Shown here piece after piece: positions 1 through 9,743 of a DNA stretch of 64,000 nucleotides. The notes beneath the pieces are model-generated. The model was not told where the DNA came from and did not search any database. It saw only the letters and a list, made by a program, of their open reading frames with translations. The first letter of the stretch is position 1. Each line of letters begins with the position of its first letter. Made by a program: the position numbers and the translations under genes. This DNA is from an uncultured bacterium (GTDB lineage Bacteria > Chloroflexota > UBA5177 > JANWHV01), in assembly GCA_963729625.1 (NCBI GenBank), contig CAVSOU010000017.1, positions 1 to 64,000 of the forward strand, read 5' to 3'.

Positions 1-4
1 ACGC

Positions 5-1294
5 TCACCGCAAGGGGTAGTCGCGGAAGTCCTTGACCGCCTGATAGAGAGCCAGAAGGTTCTCGATCGGGACATTGGCCTGCACGTTGTGGATCGTGGC
101 GAACACGTAGCCGCCGCCTGGCCCGAAAACCTTGATACGCTCGTGCACCATGGCGCGGACCTCGTCCGGCGTGCCAAACGGCAGCACCCGTTGCGTATCG
201 ATGCCGCCGCCCCAGAACGTTACCCGGTCGCCGTACTTCTGCTTGAGCGCGCCTGGATCCATTTCCGCGGCCGACGTCTGCACCGGATTGATGATATCGA
301 AGCCGGCGTCTACGATGTCGTCAAGTAATCGCCATATGGATCCGCAAGAATGAATGAACGTCTTCCACGGCGTGTGCGCGTGGATCCACGAGTTTATACG
401 TGTGTGGAAGGGCGCGTACAGGTCGCGGTACGTCTTGGGCGAGATGAAGGGACCTTGCTGGGCACCGAAATCCGCGGCCGTGGCATAAGCGATCGTCACT
501 CTATTGCCGACAACCTCAAAGACTCGCTTCAGGTTTTGCAGTCCGATCTCGCACTGGCGGTCAAACATCGCATAGATGTAGTCGCGTCGGGTAAGGTGGC
601 TCGCGTAGAATTCGTCGACGGCGCGAATGCCCTTCGGGTGCTTCAGGCTCATACCCGACAGCGCACTGACATCCCCCAGACCCAGGTCCCCGCAGATGTA
701 CATGACCGAGCGTCCGGTGGCAGCCAGCCGCGCTGACTCCGCATCCAGGAAGGCAAGTTCCTGACCTGAGATCGGCCCGAACTCCTCAAGATTGTCCTCT
801 ACGTTCAGCTGGTCGTCCTCGACGGATTCCTGCCGGCTGATTGCGTCGAAGTAGTATCCGCCGTGAGGCATTCGAGCGCAGGGCGGAGCGGTCTTGTCGC
901 CCTGTGGGTACTGCAGGATGTCGCCGTTTTCCTCCGGCTCTGTGTTGAAGCCACCCGGGACCAGCACAGGCGTGCCGGCAAAAGTCGTCCACGGCTTCCA
1001 GTTCTCCTTCGCGAAGCCAAACGCGGTGCTACGCCCGCCCAGCCGTATCACGTCGGCGCCAAGCACGTCCTGCAGATCCGGCTCTATCAGACCCAGCATC
1101 TGCAGTGGGTCTCCAACCGTGATCGGCTTGCCGGGCGGATCGAGCCGCAGTGCCTGCCGCAAGCGGTACAGGGTATCGACGTGCATGCCGGTAGCATAGC
1201 TGCCGCCCAGATCGAGAGGGACCCTATCCGGTTCCTGATGTTGAAGTGTGAGGACTACCCGATCCTGTGAGGCTGCCATGGCTTGGCCCTCCAT
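5..1294 (-). CDS. uroporphyrinogen decarboxylase / MtaA-CmuA methyltransferase family protein
   Basis: N-terminal 'HQEPDRVPLDLG'; motifs 'DFGAQQGPFISP', 'FIHSCG', 'FWGGGIDTQ', 'GGGYVFATIHNVQ' typical of the URO-D-like family. Confidence 0.85.
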   Translation of the reverse strand: MEGQAMAASQDRVVLTLQHQEPDRVPLDLGGSYATGMHVDTLYRLRQALRLDPPGKPITVGDPLQMLGLIEPDLQDVLGADVIRLGGRSTAFGFAKENWKPWTTFAGTPVLVPGGFNTEPEENGDILQYPQGDKTAPPCARMPHGGYYFDAISRQESVEDDQLNVEDNLEEFGPISGQELAFLDAESARLAATGRSVMYICGDLGLGDVSALSGMSLKHPKGIRAVDEFYASHLTRRDYIYAMFDRQCEIGLQNLKRVFEVVGNRVTIAYATAADFGAQQGPFISPKTYRDLYAPFHTRINSWIHAHTPWKTFIHSCGSIWRLLDDIVDAGFDIINPVQTSAAEMDPGALKQKYGDRVTFWGGGIDTQRVLPFGTPDEVRAMVHERIKVFGPGGGYVFATIHNVQANVPIENLLALYQAVKDFRDYPLR

Positions 1295-1646
1295 TGTCTC
1301 ACTCTGGGCACCGCTGCGTTCCTCCAGCCAACGTCCGGATTGACCTGCAACTCATGATAGTAAGCGAGAGTCCGGCGTTCGATATGCGCCCCGCGCTCAT
1401 AGGTGCGCTGCGGTCGACGCCGAGGTGGGGCTGAGTCGTCAACGCCTCGTTCCGTCTGCTCAGGCGCTGTATCAGTATGTAGCATCAACAACCTCCGTGC
1501 CGGCTCCCACCATGTTGCCGCCCCGAGATCTGGCGCTGGCGGCGACCTTGCGCCCTTGATCCGGCAGGTCCGCTCTTTGCCGGTGCGGTACACTCTCTGG
1601 GGTGCACCGCTGCCTGTGTGGCCGCCTATCGCACAAAGGAGGCTCG

Positions 1647-2144
1647 ATGATCCTGCCCGAGTTCTTCAAGCACAACCTGTGGGCGAACCTGCACCTGCTG
1701 GACGCCTGTGCGGGCCTGACCGAGGTGCAGCTGGGCGCTACAGTCCCCGGCACGTTCGGGCCGCTCGGCACCACATTGGTGCACCTGGTCGCTGCCGAGG
1801 AGACCTACCTGGCCCGGCTTGCCCAAGCCGAACGACCAGATCGTGCCTGGGCGGAGGGGTCCTTCCCGGGCGTTGCCGCGCTGCGCGAGCGCGCCAGTCG
1901 CAGCGGGGAGGCGCTGGTCGCTGCGGCGCAGCGGGAGACGGCCGGCCGAGTCCTGCGCGGGACCTGGCGCGGGGAGCCCTATGCCCTCCCAGTCGCCATC
2001 GTCCTGATCCAGGCGATCAACCACGCCACGGAGCACCGAGCTCACGTGACGACCATCCTGAGCCAGCTCGGCATTGTGCCGCCGGACCTGGACGGCTGGG
2101 CCTACGGTGAGGCGATGGATTCCGCGACCGCTGGCGCCCCCTAA
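1647..2144 (+). CDS. DinB/YfiT family protein (metal-dependent thiol-transferase-like)
   Basis: 'HNLWAN', 'HLVAAE', 'NHATEHRAH' His motifs; AAGGAGG RBS before ATG 1647. Confidence 0.85.
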   Translation: MILPEFFKHNLWANLHLLDACAGLTEVQLGATVPGTFGPLGTTLVHLVAAEETYLARLAQAERPDRAWAEGSFPGVAALRERASRSGEALVAAAQRETAGRVLRGTWRGEPYALPVAIVLIQAINHATEHRAHVTTILSQLGIVPPDLDGWAYGEAMDSATAGAP

Positions 2145-2367
2145 TTCGCTCTTCCGCAGTTCCCGACAGCGAGAGTGGAGCTGAGATCCTTGCGCCCGCT
2201 CGGAGAACCCACACATATCGCTGCATAGCATGCAGTCTCGATGGCGGTGAGCGCAAGACCATCTCACGCCCGGTCATGATCGCACGCGGCGCACATTTGG
2301 ACTCTCCGCCGGGGCGCGTGGTATCCTCTATTCGCGGGTAAGATACGTATTACCAAAGGTACGAACG

Positions 2368-2646
2368 ATGGTAGCACAACGATCGCATGACGACCGGCGA
2401 CAGAAGATCAGCCTGTCTCTGGACGCAGCGACGATCAAATACATGGACGCCTACGTGGCCGCGCATCCCACGACGAATCGCAGTCGCGTGGTGGAAGACG
2501 CCATGCGCGAGTTCCGGCGCCGGCAGATCCAAGCCGAGCTGGAGCGGCAGTACGAGGAGCCGGAGTCCGCGATCGTGCAGCAAGAGCTGGAGGAGTGGCG
2601 CGCTATTCGGCGCGCGGCCGCCACGTATGCAGCGACACACGACTGA
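2368..2646 (+). CDS. ribbon-helix-helix (CopG-like) antitoxin
   Basis: 'KISLSLD...NRSRVVEDAMR' RHH pattern; lies directly upstream of a MazF-like toxin. Confidence 0.75.
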   Translation: MVAQRSHDDRRQKISLSLDAATIKYMDAYVAAHPTTNRSRVVEDAMREFRRRQIQAELERQYEEPESAIVQQELEEWRAIRRAAATYAATHD

Positions 2647-2647
2647 G

Positions 2648-3007
2648 ATGGCGGAGACGTTTCCCCGCCGCGGCGACGTGTGGTATGTCTACACGCCGGG
2701 CCAGCCGGATGATCCGCATCAACCGCGCCCGGCCCTCGTGGTCTCGGAGAACACGCGCAATCGCCGGTCCGACGATGTCATAGTGGTGCCTATCTTTTCG
2801 GCGGGCCGTAGAAGCCCGACGCACGTGACACTTGAGGTCGGGATGGGAGGCCTGCCGCGCGCCAGCGTACTCTTCTGCGAAGAACTGGCAACGCTCGACC
2901 GCGACTTTCTGCACGATGGGCCGGTTGGCCCAGGGGTGCCGGCATCGATCCTGGAAGAGACGGTCAACGCGATCATCATCGCGGTCGGTGGCGAGCCGCC
3001 GACCTAG
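2648..3007 (+). CDS. mazF: PemK/MazF family toxin
   Basis: 'PRRGDVWYV...PRPALVVS...VIVVPI' PemK signature; ATG one base after the antitoxin stop. Confidence 0.9.
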   Translation: MAETFPRRGDVWYVYTPGQPDDPHQPRPALVVSENTRNRRSDDVIVVPIFSAGRRSPTHVTLEVGMGGLPRASVLFCEELATLDRDFLHDGPVGPGVPASILEETVNAIIIAVGGEPPT

Positions 3008-3163
3008 CCGTGCTGAGCCTCGTCGGAAAAGGCAGGTAACGACGGCTGTGTGGCTCCGCCTCCAGGCGATATGAATACGTATGCGGCGCACGGCTGAGAC
3101 TCGAGCACACGGTACACGACGCATGCAGGCACGCGATTCTCAACGATCGAGGAGCATGCCCCG

Positions 3164-3316
3164 ATGAATTCACGAGAGCGTCTTCTGGCTGCCTTGAACA
3201 ACGAGCCTGTCGACGCGATCCCCTGCTCGTTTATGTTGTTCTTCAATCTCTACTACCGGACCAACACCTATCGCTTCATCGAGACCTGGAAGAACTACCG
3301 CAGCACGTTCGTCTAG
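3164..3316 (+). pseudogene. internally deleted URO-D-family gene remnant (50 codons)
   Basis: MNSRERLLAALNNEPVDAIPCSFM (URO-D-like N-terminus) joined to NTYRFIETWKNYR (C-terminus-like); GAGGAG RBS. Confidence 0.55.
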
Positions 3317-3639
3317 CGCAGGTTGCCTCGGCGCAATGTCTTGAGGATCGCGCCTGAGGGCGCGCGGCCGTCGCCCTGGATACTGCTCGCTTGTCGGCGG
3401 CAAAGCGGGCTCGCCAGTATACGAGTATGGATGTGCGCTGACGAACCTCTGCTACAGCGCGGCAGGCCTCGGCCGGCACGGCGAGGTGCCAGGGCAGGAT
3501 GCGTCGCCGTGAGTGCGGCAGTTCGTGGTGAGCAGGTCCATGAGTGATTTTCCACGCCTGAAATAGGACATGGTTCCATTTTACGGATGGGGTTATAGTC
3601 ACACCCTCGAACTCATCCCCTCGATCTGCCTCCTCCCTG

Positions 3640-3675
3640 TGGTACACTACGTAACAGACCGACGCGTCGGTTTGT
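3640..3675 (+). promoter_or_regulatory. extended -10 (TGgTACACT) followed by a 22-bp palindromic operator upstream of menF
   Basis: ACAGACCGACGCGTCGGTTTGT at 3654-3675 is a near-perfect inverted repeat starting 6 nt after the -10 hexamer. Confidence 0.6.
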
Positions 3676-3714
3676 AGTCAAGTACGATGGCCAGCTTCTG
3701 GATGGTGCCTGCCG

Positions 3715-5700
3715 GTGCTCATGACGTATTGCCTGCCCGTATCAGTTGAGCCGTTTCTGCAGGCCCTCGGCGAAGGCAGTCGGCGCGCCCGTGCACGGGG
3801 CCGGCGGGTGCTGGTGAGCTATGCCCAGCCGGCGCCGTTTGTGGATCCTCTGGCCTTCTACGCGGTGGCACGTACCGGCACGGTGCGCCTGTTCTGGCAA
3901 CACCAGGATCAACTGGTGGAGCATGCACCCCGCCAGGCTATCGCCGGCATCGGCGCCGCCGCGACCCTGCAGGCCGAGGGAGCCGGCAGGTTCGATGCGG
4001 TCAAGAGCGCGTGGAGCGAGCTTCGCGCGGGCGCTCTCGTCGAGACGTCGGACGGGGCCGCTCCGCCCTGGGGCGCCGGCCCCATGCTGCTGGGCGGGTT
4101 CAGTTTCGATCCGTCGCGACCACGCACGACTATCTGGCAGGGTTTTTCGGACGCGCGCTTCACGCTGCCCCGCTTCGCCGTGGCGACGATCGACGGCTGC
4201 ACCTGGTTGACCACGAACGTCGTTGTCGATGCCGACTCGGATTGCGAGGCCCTGGCGCAGGATATCCTGCGCGAGCAGCACGCCCTGCTGGACCGGGCAC
4301 GCGCTTGGCATCCGGGAGCACGCTCTACGACCGGCGCCCCAGCATCCGCGACCGCCGCGCCCGCGACTCCCGGCCTCCAGGCTACTGCCGCCGAGACTCC
4401 GCGCCTTCTGGCCGCCGCGGCTGAAACCCCGGCTCTGGTGGCCGCGAGGACTGAAACCCCGGCCTTCAGGCCGGGGAGCATCACAACATCGCCAAGCGGC
4501 GGGCTTCAGCCCGCCTTTCGTACCCAGGACCCGGCTGGACATGAGTTGGCACTCGATCGGACCGAGAATTGCGGACATGGCACAGTGGTTGCCGACTCGG
4601 GCACCGCAGATGCCGCGGCGGTCGGGGCGCGATCAAACGGCTCAGAGGGAACCGATGATGGAGGATGCGGCCTGAAGGCCGCGGCTGGCAAAGCACATGA
4701 GGCTCCCCGGGCTGAAGCCCGGGGTATCATACGTGGCCGGGGTATCCAGCCCAGCCAGGATCTCGCGTGCGGCCAGGATCTCGCGTGCGGCCAGGATCTC
4801 GCGTGCGGCATGGGTATCCAGTCCGGCCGGGATCTCGCGTGCGGCCGGGATCTCGTGTGCGGCCTGATCCCAGTCGACGCGCTGCCGGCTGAAGACTGGC
4901 AGGCGATTGTCGAGCGTACCGCCAATGAGATCGGCGAGGGGCGATTCGCCAAGGTGGTGCTGGCGCGCCAGTCGCGCGTAGCGGCGTCGGGGGCGCCGTT
5001 CGACGCCGCGGCCACCCTGAGCACGCTCCGCTCCACCTATCCCAACGGTTTCATCTTCGCATTCACCTTCCCGGGGGCCGATGGCGACCGTACGTTTCTT
5101 GGCGCCTCACCCGAAAGACTGGTCCATCTTCGCGACCGCGCGGTTGAGGCCAGCTCGCTCGCCGGCTCGATCCGCCGTGGCGCCTCGCCGGAGGAGGATG
5201 CAGCGCTTGGCGTGGCGCTCCTGCACGACGAGAAGGAGCGAACCGAACACGCCGTGGTCGTCGACACGCTGCGCGATGCGCTGGCCCCCCTCTGCCGCGA
5301 ATTGAGCATTCCATTTCCCCCCACCTTGTTGCGGTTGGCCAACGTGCAGCATCTCTTCACCCCGATCCGGGGAGCGCTGCGCAATGGCCAGACCATCCTG
5401 GATCTGGTCGAACGGCTGCACCCGACCCCTGCCGTGGGCGGTTTCCCGCGCCGGGAAGCGCTTGCGGCCATTCGCGAGCGCGAGCAGCTCGACCGTGGCT
5501 GGTACGCTGGGCCTGTTGGCTGGCTCGACGGAGACGACGAAGGCGAATTCGCCGTGGCTATACGGTCTGCCCTGCTCGACGGGTCGAGGCGCGAAGCGTT
5601 GCTATTCGCGGGCTGCGGAATAGTCGGCCACTCGAATCCCGTCGCGGAGTATGCGGAGTCTCGCCTCAAGATGCAGGCGATGCTCTCCGCGCTGCAGTAG
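3715..5700 (+). CDS. menF: isochorismate synthase with a ~180-aa low-complexity insertion
   Basis: 'KVVLAR', 'FLGASPERL', 'EHAVV', 'NVQHL', 'LHPTPAVGG', 'RGWYAGPVGW', 'AGCGIV' motifs; first gene of the men cluster. Confidence 0.92.
   Translation: MLMTYCLPVSVEPFLQALGEGSRRARARGRRVLVSYAQPAPFVDPLAFYAVARTGTVRLFWQHQDQLVEHAPRQAIAGIGAAATLQAEGAGRFDAVKSAWSELRAGALVETSDGAAPPWGAGPMLLGGFSFDPSRPRTTIWQGFSDARFTLPRFAVATIDGCTWLTTNVVVDADSDCEALAQDILREQHALLDRARAWHPGARSTTGAPASATAAPATPGLQATAAETPRLLAAAAETPALVAARTETPAFRPGSITTSPSGGLQPAFRTQDPAGHELALDRTENCGHGTVVADSGTADAAAVGARSNGSEGTDDGGCGLKAAAGKAHEAPRAEARGIIRGRGIQPSQDLACGQDLACGQDLACGMGIQSGRDLACGRDLVCGLIPVDALPAEDWQAIVERTANEIGEGRFAKVVLARQSRVAASGAPFDAAATLSTLRSTYPNGFIFAFTFPGADGDRTFLGASPERLVHLRDRAVEASSLAGSIRRGASPEEDAALGVALLHDEKERTEHAVVVDTLRDALAPLCRELSIPFPPTLLRLANVQHLFTPIRGALRNGQTILDLVERLHPTPAVGGFPRREALAAIREREQLDRGWYAGPVGWLDGDDEGEFAVAIRSALLDGSRREALLFAGCGIVGHSNPVAEYAESRLKMQAMLSALQ
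4457..4724. repeat. inverted pair of REP-like hairpin doublets (REPIN-like) inside menF
   Basis: CCCCGGCCTTCAGGCCGGGG (4457) + GGCGGGCTTCAGCCCGCC (4498); inverted copy GCGGCCTGAAGGCCGC (4667) + CCCCGGGCTGAAGCCCGGGG (4705). Confidence 0.7.
4756..4863 (+). repeat. 18-bp tandem repeat (Q/R-DLACG) in menF
   Basis: CAGGATCTCGCGTGCGGC x3, then two degenerate copies. Confidence 0.85.
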
Positions 5701-5713
5701 GGACACGCCGCTC

Positions 5714-7537
5714 ATGCTCGAGCAGCCGCCGAATGCCCTCTACGCCTACGTTGGCGCCTTCCTCGACGAGCTGGCACGTAGCGGTGTCCGCCACGTGTGT
5801 ATCTGTCCTGGGTCGCGTTCCACGCCGCTGGCAATCTGCTCGGCGCGGCACGCCGGACTGAAGATATGGATGCACCTGGACGAGCGGTCTGCTGCCTTCT
5901 TTGCGCTCGGCCTCGCCAAGACCAGCCGAGAGCCCGTGGCGCTCGTCTGCACATCCGGCACCGCGGCGGCCAATTTCATGCCCGCCGTGGTGGAAGCGCG
6001 GCTCGCCCACGTACCCCTGCTGCTGTTGACGGCCGATCGCCCGCCTGAGCTCCGCGACGTGGGCGCGCCGCAGACGATCGACCAGGTCCGCCTGTACGGC
6101 AGCCATGTCAAGTGGTGCGTGGACATGGCGACGCCGGGCGCCTCAGACGACCTGCTCCGCTACGCCCGCGCCACCGCCTGCCGGGCCGTGGCGACAGCTC
6201 TGGCTGTTCCACGTGGACCCGTCCATCTGAACTTTCCCTTCCGCGAACCCTTGGTTCCGGTGCGAGCGCCCGAAGAGATCCCGGCGACGCTGTCGCCGGT
6301 CGTCTTGCATGGCCGTCCGTCCGGACGGCCGTACGTCGACGTGCCGCGCGCCGGCTCCATGCAGCGGCCGGCGGCGGCCATGCTCGACGAAATCGCGGAT
6401 CTGATATTGCGCACACCCCGGGGCGTGATCGTCTGCGGACCGCTCGAAGTCGACGGTGTCGCGGAACCTGCCGGCGCATTGGCCGCGCTCGCCGGCTACC
6501 CCATCGTCGCCGACGCGCTATCCGGGCTACGTGCCGGCAGCCACGATCAGACGCTGGTCATCGACGCCTACGACGCGTTCCTCCGCGCCTCCGCCGTCGT
6601 GCAACGGCTCGAGCCCGGCCTCGTGCTCCGACTTGGCGCGACGCCCACGTCGAAGCCGCTTCAGCAGTACCTGCAGCGGCACCCTTCATGCCCGCACGTG
6701 GTCGTCTCGCACGGCGACTGGCAGGATCCGGCGCTCCAGGCCGGCATCATGTTCGACGCCGACCCCGCGATTGTCTGCCGGCAGCTCGCTTGCCGCATCG
6801 AGGCGCGACACGATCCGGCCATAGCCGGCGATGCTTCCTGGCGAAACGACTGGCTGGACACGAATCGACGAGCGCGTGAAGCGCTCGAACGCGAGCTGGC
6901 CTCCATTGACGAACCGTTTGAAGGGCGCGTCTTTGCCGAGCTTCGCACCCTGCTGCCCGGAGGCTCCACCCTGTGGGTCGGCAGCAGCATGCCGGTGCGC
7001 GACCTGGATACCTTCTTCGGCAAGACTTCCCGGCCGATACGCATACTGGCCAATCGCGGTGCCAACGGCATCGACGGAGTGATCTCCAGCGCGTTGGGAG
7101 CCGCGGCCGCGCGACCAGGGCCCCATGTGCTCGTGATCGGCGACATATCCTTCTATCACGATATGAACGGCCTGCTGGCGGCAGCACGGTACGGCCTGGA
7201 TCTCACAGTGATCCTGCTCAACAATGATGGCGGCGGCATTTTCTCGTTCCTGCCACAGGCAGAGGAGGTTTCGCTTCTCGACGAGGGAGACGAGGGGCGA
7301 TCCCCTTTCGAACAGTTGTTCGGCACGCCGCACGGCCTGGATTTCGCGCACGCTGCCACACTGTACAGTGCGACGTTTGTACGTGCCGGCACCTGGCCGG
7401 GATTCCGCGGAGCCGTGGAGGCAGGAATCGAAGCAGGCGGCCTGCACATCGTGGAGGTGCGAACCGAGCGCAGGCGGAACGTCGTGCTACACCGCCGCTG
7501 CTGGCCGGCCGTGGCAGAAGCGGCAACCCGATCGTGA
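5714..7537 (+). CDS. menD: SEPHCHC synthase
   Basis: 'CPGSRSTPL', 'DERSAAFFALG', 'TSGTAAAN', 'NRGANGIDG', 'NNDGGGIF'. Confidence 0.95.
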   Translation: MLEQPPNALYAYVGAFLDELARSGVRHVCICPGSRSTPLAICSARHAGLKIWMHLDERSAAFFALGLAKTSREPVALVCTSGTAAANFMPAVVEARLAHVPLLLLTADRPPELRDVGAPQTIDQVRLYGSHVKWCVDMATPGASDDLLRYARATACRAVATALAVPRGPVHLNFPFREPLVPVRAPEEIPATLSPVVLHGRPSGRPYVDVPRAGSMQRPAAAMLDEIADLILRTPRGVIVCGPLEVDGVAEPAGALAALAGYPIVADALSGLRAGSHDQTLVIDAYDAFLRASAVVQRLEPGLVLRLGATPTSKPLQQYLQRHPSCPHVVVSHGDWQDPALQAGIMFDADPAIVCRQLACRIEARHDPAIAGDASWRNDWLDTNRRAREALERELASIDEPFEGRVFAELRTLLPGGSTLWVGSSMPVRDLDTFFGKTSRPIRILANRGANGIDGVISSALGAAAARPGPHVLVIGDISFYHDMNGLLAAARYGLDLTVILLNNDGGGIFSFLPQAEEVSLLDEGDEGRSPFEQLFGTPHGLDFAHAATLYSATFVRAGTWPGFRGAVEAGIEAGGLHIVEVRTERRRNVVLHRRCWPAVAEAATRS

Positions 7538-8430
7538 TGCCGCTGCCTTCGCTCCAACACGTGACCGTCGGCGGTATCCGCTACGGCGTGCGTGTGACCG
7601 GCGACGGACCGCCGCTCGTGCTGCTGCATGGATTCACGGGCGGCAGCAGCACGTGGCGCCCACACCTCGCGCGCCTGGCGCGGTCAAGACGCGTCATCGT
7701 CCCCGATCTGCTGGGCCATGGTGCCACTCCCTCGCCCGCGGATCCCGAGCGGTATGGGATCGAGCACGCCGTGCCGGACGTGCTCGCGCTGCTCGACCGG
7801 CTCGACGCGACGACCTTCGCGCTGCTCGGCTATTCCATGGGCGGGCGTTTGGCCCTGCACATAGCACTGGCCGTGCCCGATCGGGTTCAGGCGCTCATGC
7901 TCGAAAGCGCGTCGCCGGGAATTCGGGAGGCGGGCGAGCGCGCCGCTCGGGCACGGGAGGACGAGGCACTGGCGTCGTCGATCGAACGGCAGGGCGTGGA
8001 GGCGTTTGTGGCGCGCTGGCAGGCACTGCCCATCTTTGCCAGCCAGGAGAATCTGCCCGCGGCCGTACGCGATTGTCTGCGCGCGCAACGCCTTGCCAAT
8101 TCCCCCACCGGGCTGGCCAACAGTCTGCGCGGCATGGGCGCAGGAGTTGTGCCTCCTGTGTGGGAACGCCTTGTAGAGCTGCACATGCCTGTGCTGCTGA
8201 TAGCCGGGGCACTGGACGAGAAGTACGCGGCCATCGCACGGGCAATGGCACAGCGCGTCTCCCGATCGGTTCTGGCAACCACCGCGGAGGCCGGCCACGC
8301 GGTCCACCTCGAACAGCCGGATGTCTTCGACGAGACGGTCATGCGGTTTCTTGTCACGCCCGAGCGCCTGCCGCGGGAACAATTCGGAGCACCACAAGCT
8401 GTCAGTTTCACAGGAGCAACCTATGAGTAA
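7534..8430 (+). CDS. menH: SHCHC synthase
   Basis: 'LHGFTG', 'GYSMGGR', 'LESASPG', '[10 protein letters not shown]'; lies between menD and menB. Confidence 0.92.
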   Translation: MMPLPSLQHVTVGGIRYGVRVTGDGPPLVLLHGFTGGSSTWRPHLARLARSRRVIVPDLLGHGATPSPADPERYGIEHAVPDVLALLDRLDATTFALLGYSMGGRLALHIALAVPDRVQALMLESASPGIREAGERAARAREDEALASSIERQGVEAFVARWQALPIFASQENLPAAVRDCLRAQRLANSPTGLANSLRGMGAGVVPPVWERLVELHMPVLLIAGALDEKYAAIARAMAQRVSRSVLATTAEAGHAVHLEQPDVFDETVMRFLVTPERLPREQFGAPQAVSFTGATYE

Positions 8431-9271
8431 TCAGGAACGAGCGATCCACCCGTCGGGACTGCAATGGGAACGCCGCCGCGAGTACGAAGACATTATCTAT
8501 GAGGTGGCCGAGGGCATTGCCCGGATCACGATCAACCGGCCCGACGTGCGCAATGCTTTCCGCCCTCAAACGGTCGTCGAGCTGATGGATGGCTTCGCCG
8601 CCGCGCGCGAGGATGCCGGGGTCGGCGTCATCCTCCTTACAGGAGCAGGGACAAAGGCCTTCTGCTCCGGCGGTGACCAGCGCGTCCGGGGCGAGGCCGG
8701 CTACGTCGGGCACGACGGCGTGCCGAGGCTCAACGTGCTGGATCTTCAGCGGCAAATCCGCACGCTGCCCAAACCGGTGATCGCCGTGGTGGCAGGCTAC
8801 GCAATTGGCGGCGGGCACGTCCTGCACGTGGTCTGCGACCTGACCATTGCCGCGGACAACGCCATATTCGGCCAGACCGGGCCGAAGGTCGGCAGCTTCG
8901 ACGCCGGTTTCGGCGCCGGCTACCTGGCACGCCAGATAGGCCCGAAGAAGGCCAAAGAGATCTGGTTCCTCTGCCGCCAGTACGACGCCCAGCAGGCCTT
9001 GGCGATGGGTCTCGTCAACGCGGTGGTACCGCTCGAAGCGCTGGAGATCGAGGCCGTGAGCTGGGCACAGGAGATCCTCGGCAAGAGCCCGATGGCCATT
9101 CGCTGCCTGAAGGCCGCGTTCAATGCCGAGACCGATGGGCTTGCGGGCATCCAGGAGCTTGCCGGCGACACAACGCTCCTCTTCTACATGAGTGCGGAGG
9201 CGCAGGAAGGCCGCAACGCATACCTCGAGAAGCGGGCACCCGACTTCAGCCGCTTCCCCCGCCTACCGTAG
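8423..9271 (+). CDS. menB: 1,4-dihydroxy-2-naphthoyl-CoA synthase
   Basis: 'AFCSGGDQ', '[14 protein letters not shown]', 'EAQEGRNAY'. Confidence 0.97.
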   Translation: MSNQERAIHPSGLQWERRREYEDIIYEVAEGIARITINRPDVRNAFRPQTVVELMDGFAAAREDAGVGVILLTGAGTKAFCSGGDQRVRGEAGYVGHDGVPRLNVLDLQRQIRTLPKPVIAVVAGYAIGGGHVLHVVCDLTIAADNAIFGQTGPKVGSFDAGFGAGYLARQIGPKKAKEIWFLCRQYDAQQALAMGLVNAVVPLEALEIEAVSWAQEILGKSPMAIRCLKAAFNAETDGLAGIQELAGDTTLLFYMSAEAQEGRNAYLEKRAPDFSRFPRLP

Positions 9272-9431
9272 CACGGTGTCCGCAGGGTACAGCATCGTCC
9301 ACGGCGTATGTCGAGGCAGACATCCTGACCGATGCCATGAAGCACAGCTCCACGGCAGGAGATCCTGGCGTTGCCGCGCGCCGCGTTCAGCCTGAGTTCT
9401 AGCACATGCTCTTCACTTCTTCGCCAAGATA

Positions 9432-9447
9432 TAGTACACTTGTTCTA
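9432..9447. promoter_or_regulatory. putative LexA (SOS) box
   Basis: TAGTACACTTGTTCTA matches the GAAC/GTAC-N4-GTTC consensus; a degenerate second box (AGAACGTGAGGTCT) is adjacent. Confidence 0.6.
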
Positions 9448-9491
9448 GAACGTGAGGTCTGAATGTAGTATCGGGTGAGTGGGGTGACGCA

Positions 9492-9743
9492 GTGTACGCG
9501 CTGAGACAGCATGCAAACAGGACGCTCTCCACGGACGGGCACATTCTGGCAGCGATCCAGCACTTCGAGCTGCGACAGCCGTTTGTCGAGACATACGTCA
9601 CGCGCGAACAGATCGAGGCGGCACGGATTACTACCAGGAGCGGACGGGTGCTGGCCGGCCCGGGTCTGGATCTGTGGCTTGACCAGATGGCCAAGAGCGG
9701 CAAATTGCTCCGAAATGCCGCGGGCTATCGTACCCTCAGGTAG
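9492..9743 (+). CDS. small hypothetical protein, possibly winged-helix-like and SOS-regulated
   Basis: GTG with GGGGTGA RBS; 83 aa with globular composition; stop abuts the convergent pepF stop. Confidence 0.55.
   Translation: MYALRQHANRTLSTDGHILAAIQHFELRQPFVETYVTREQIEAARITTRSGRVLAGPGLDLWLDQMAKSGKLLRNAAGYRTLR

Noticed and set aside
4310-4870. Intein or intron in menF
   Set aside because: No C/S...HN-C/S/T splice junction pair and no endonuclease motif; the insert is explained by hairpins and tandem repeats.
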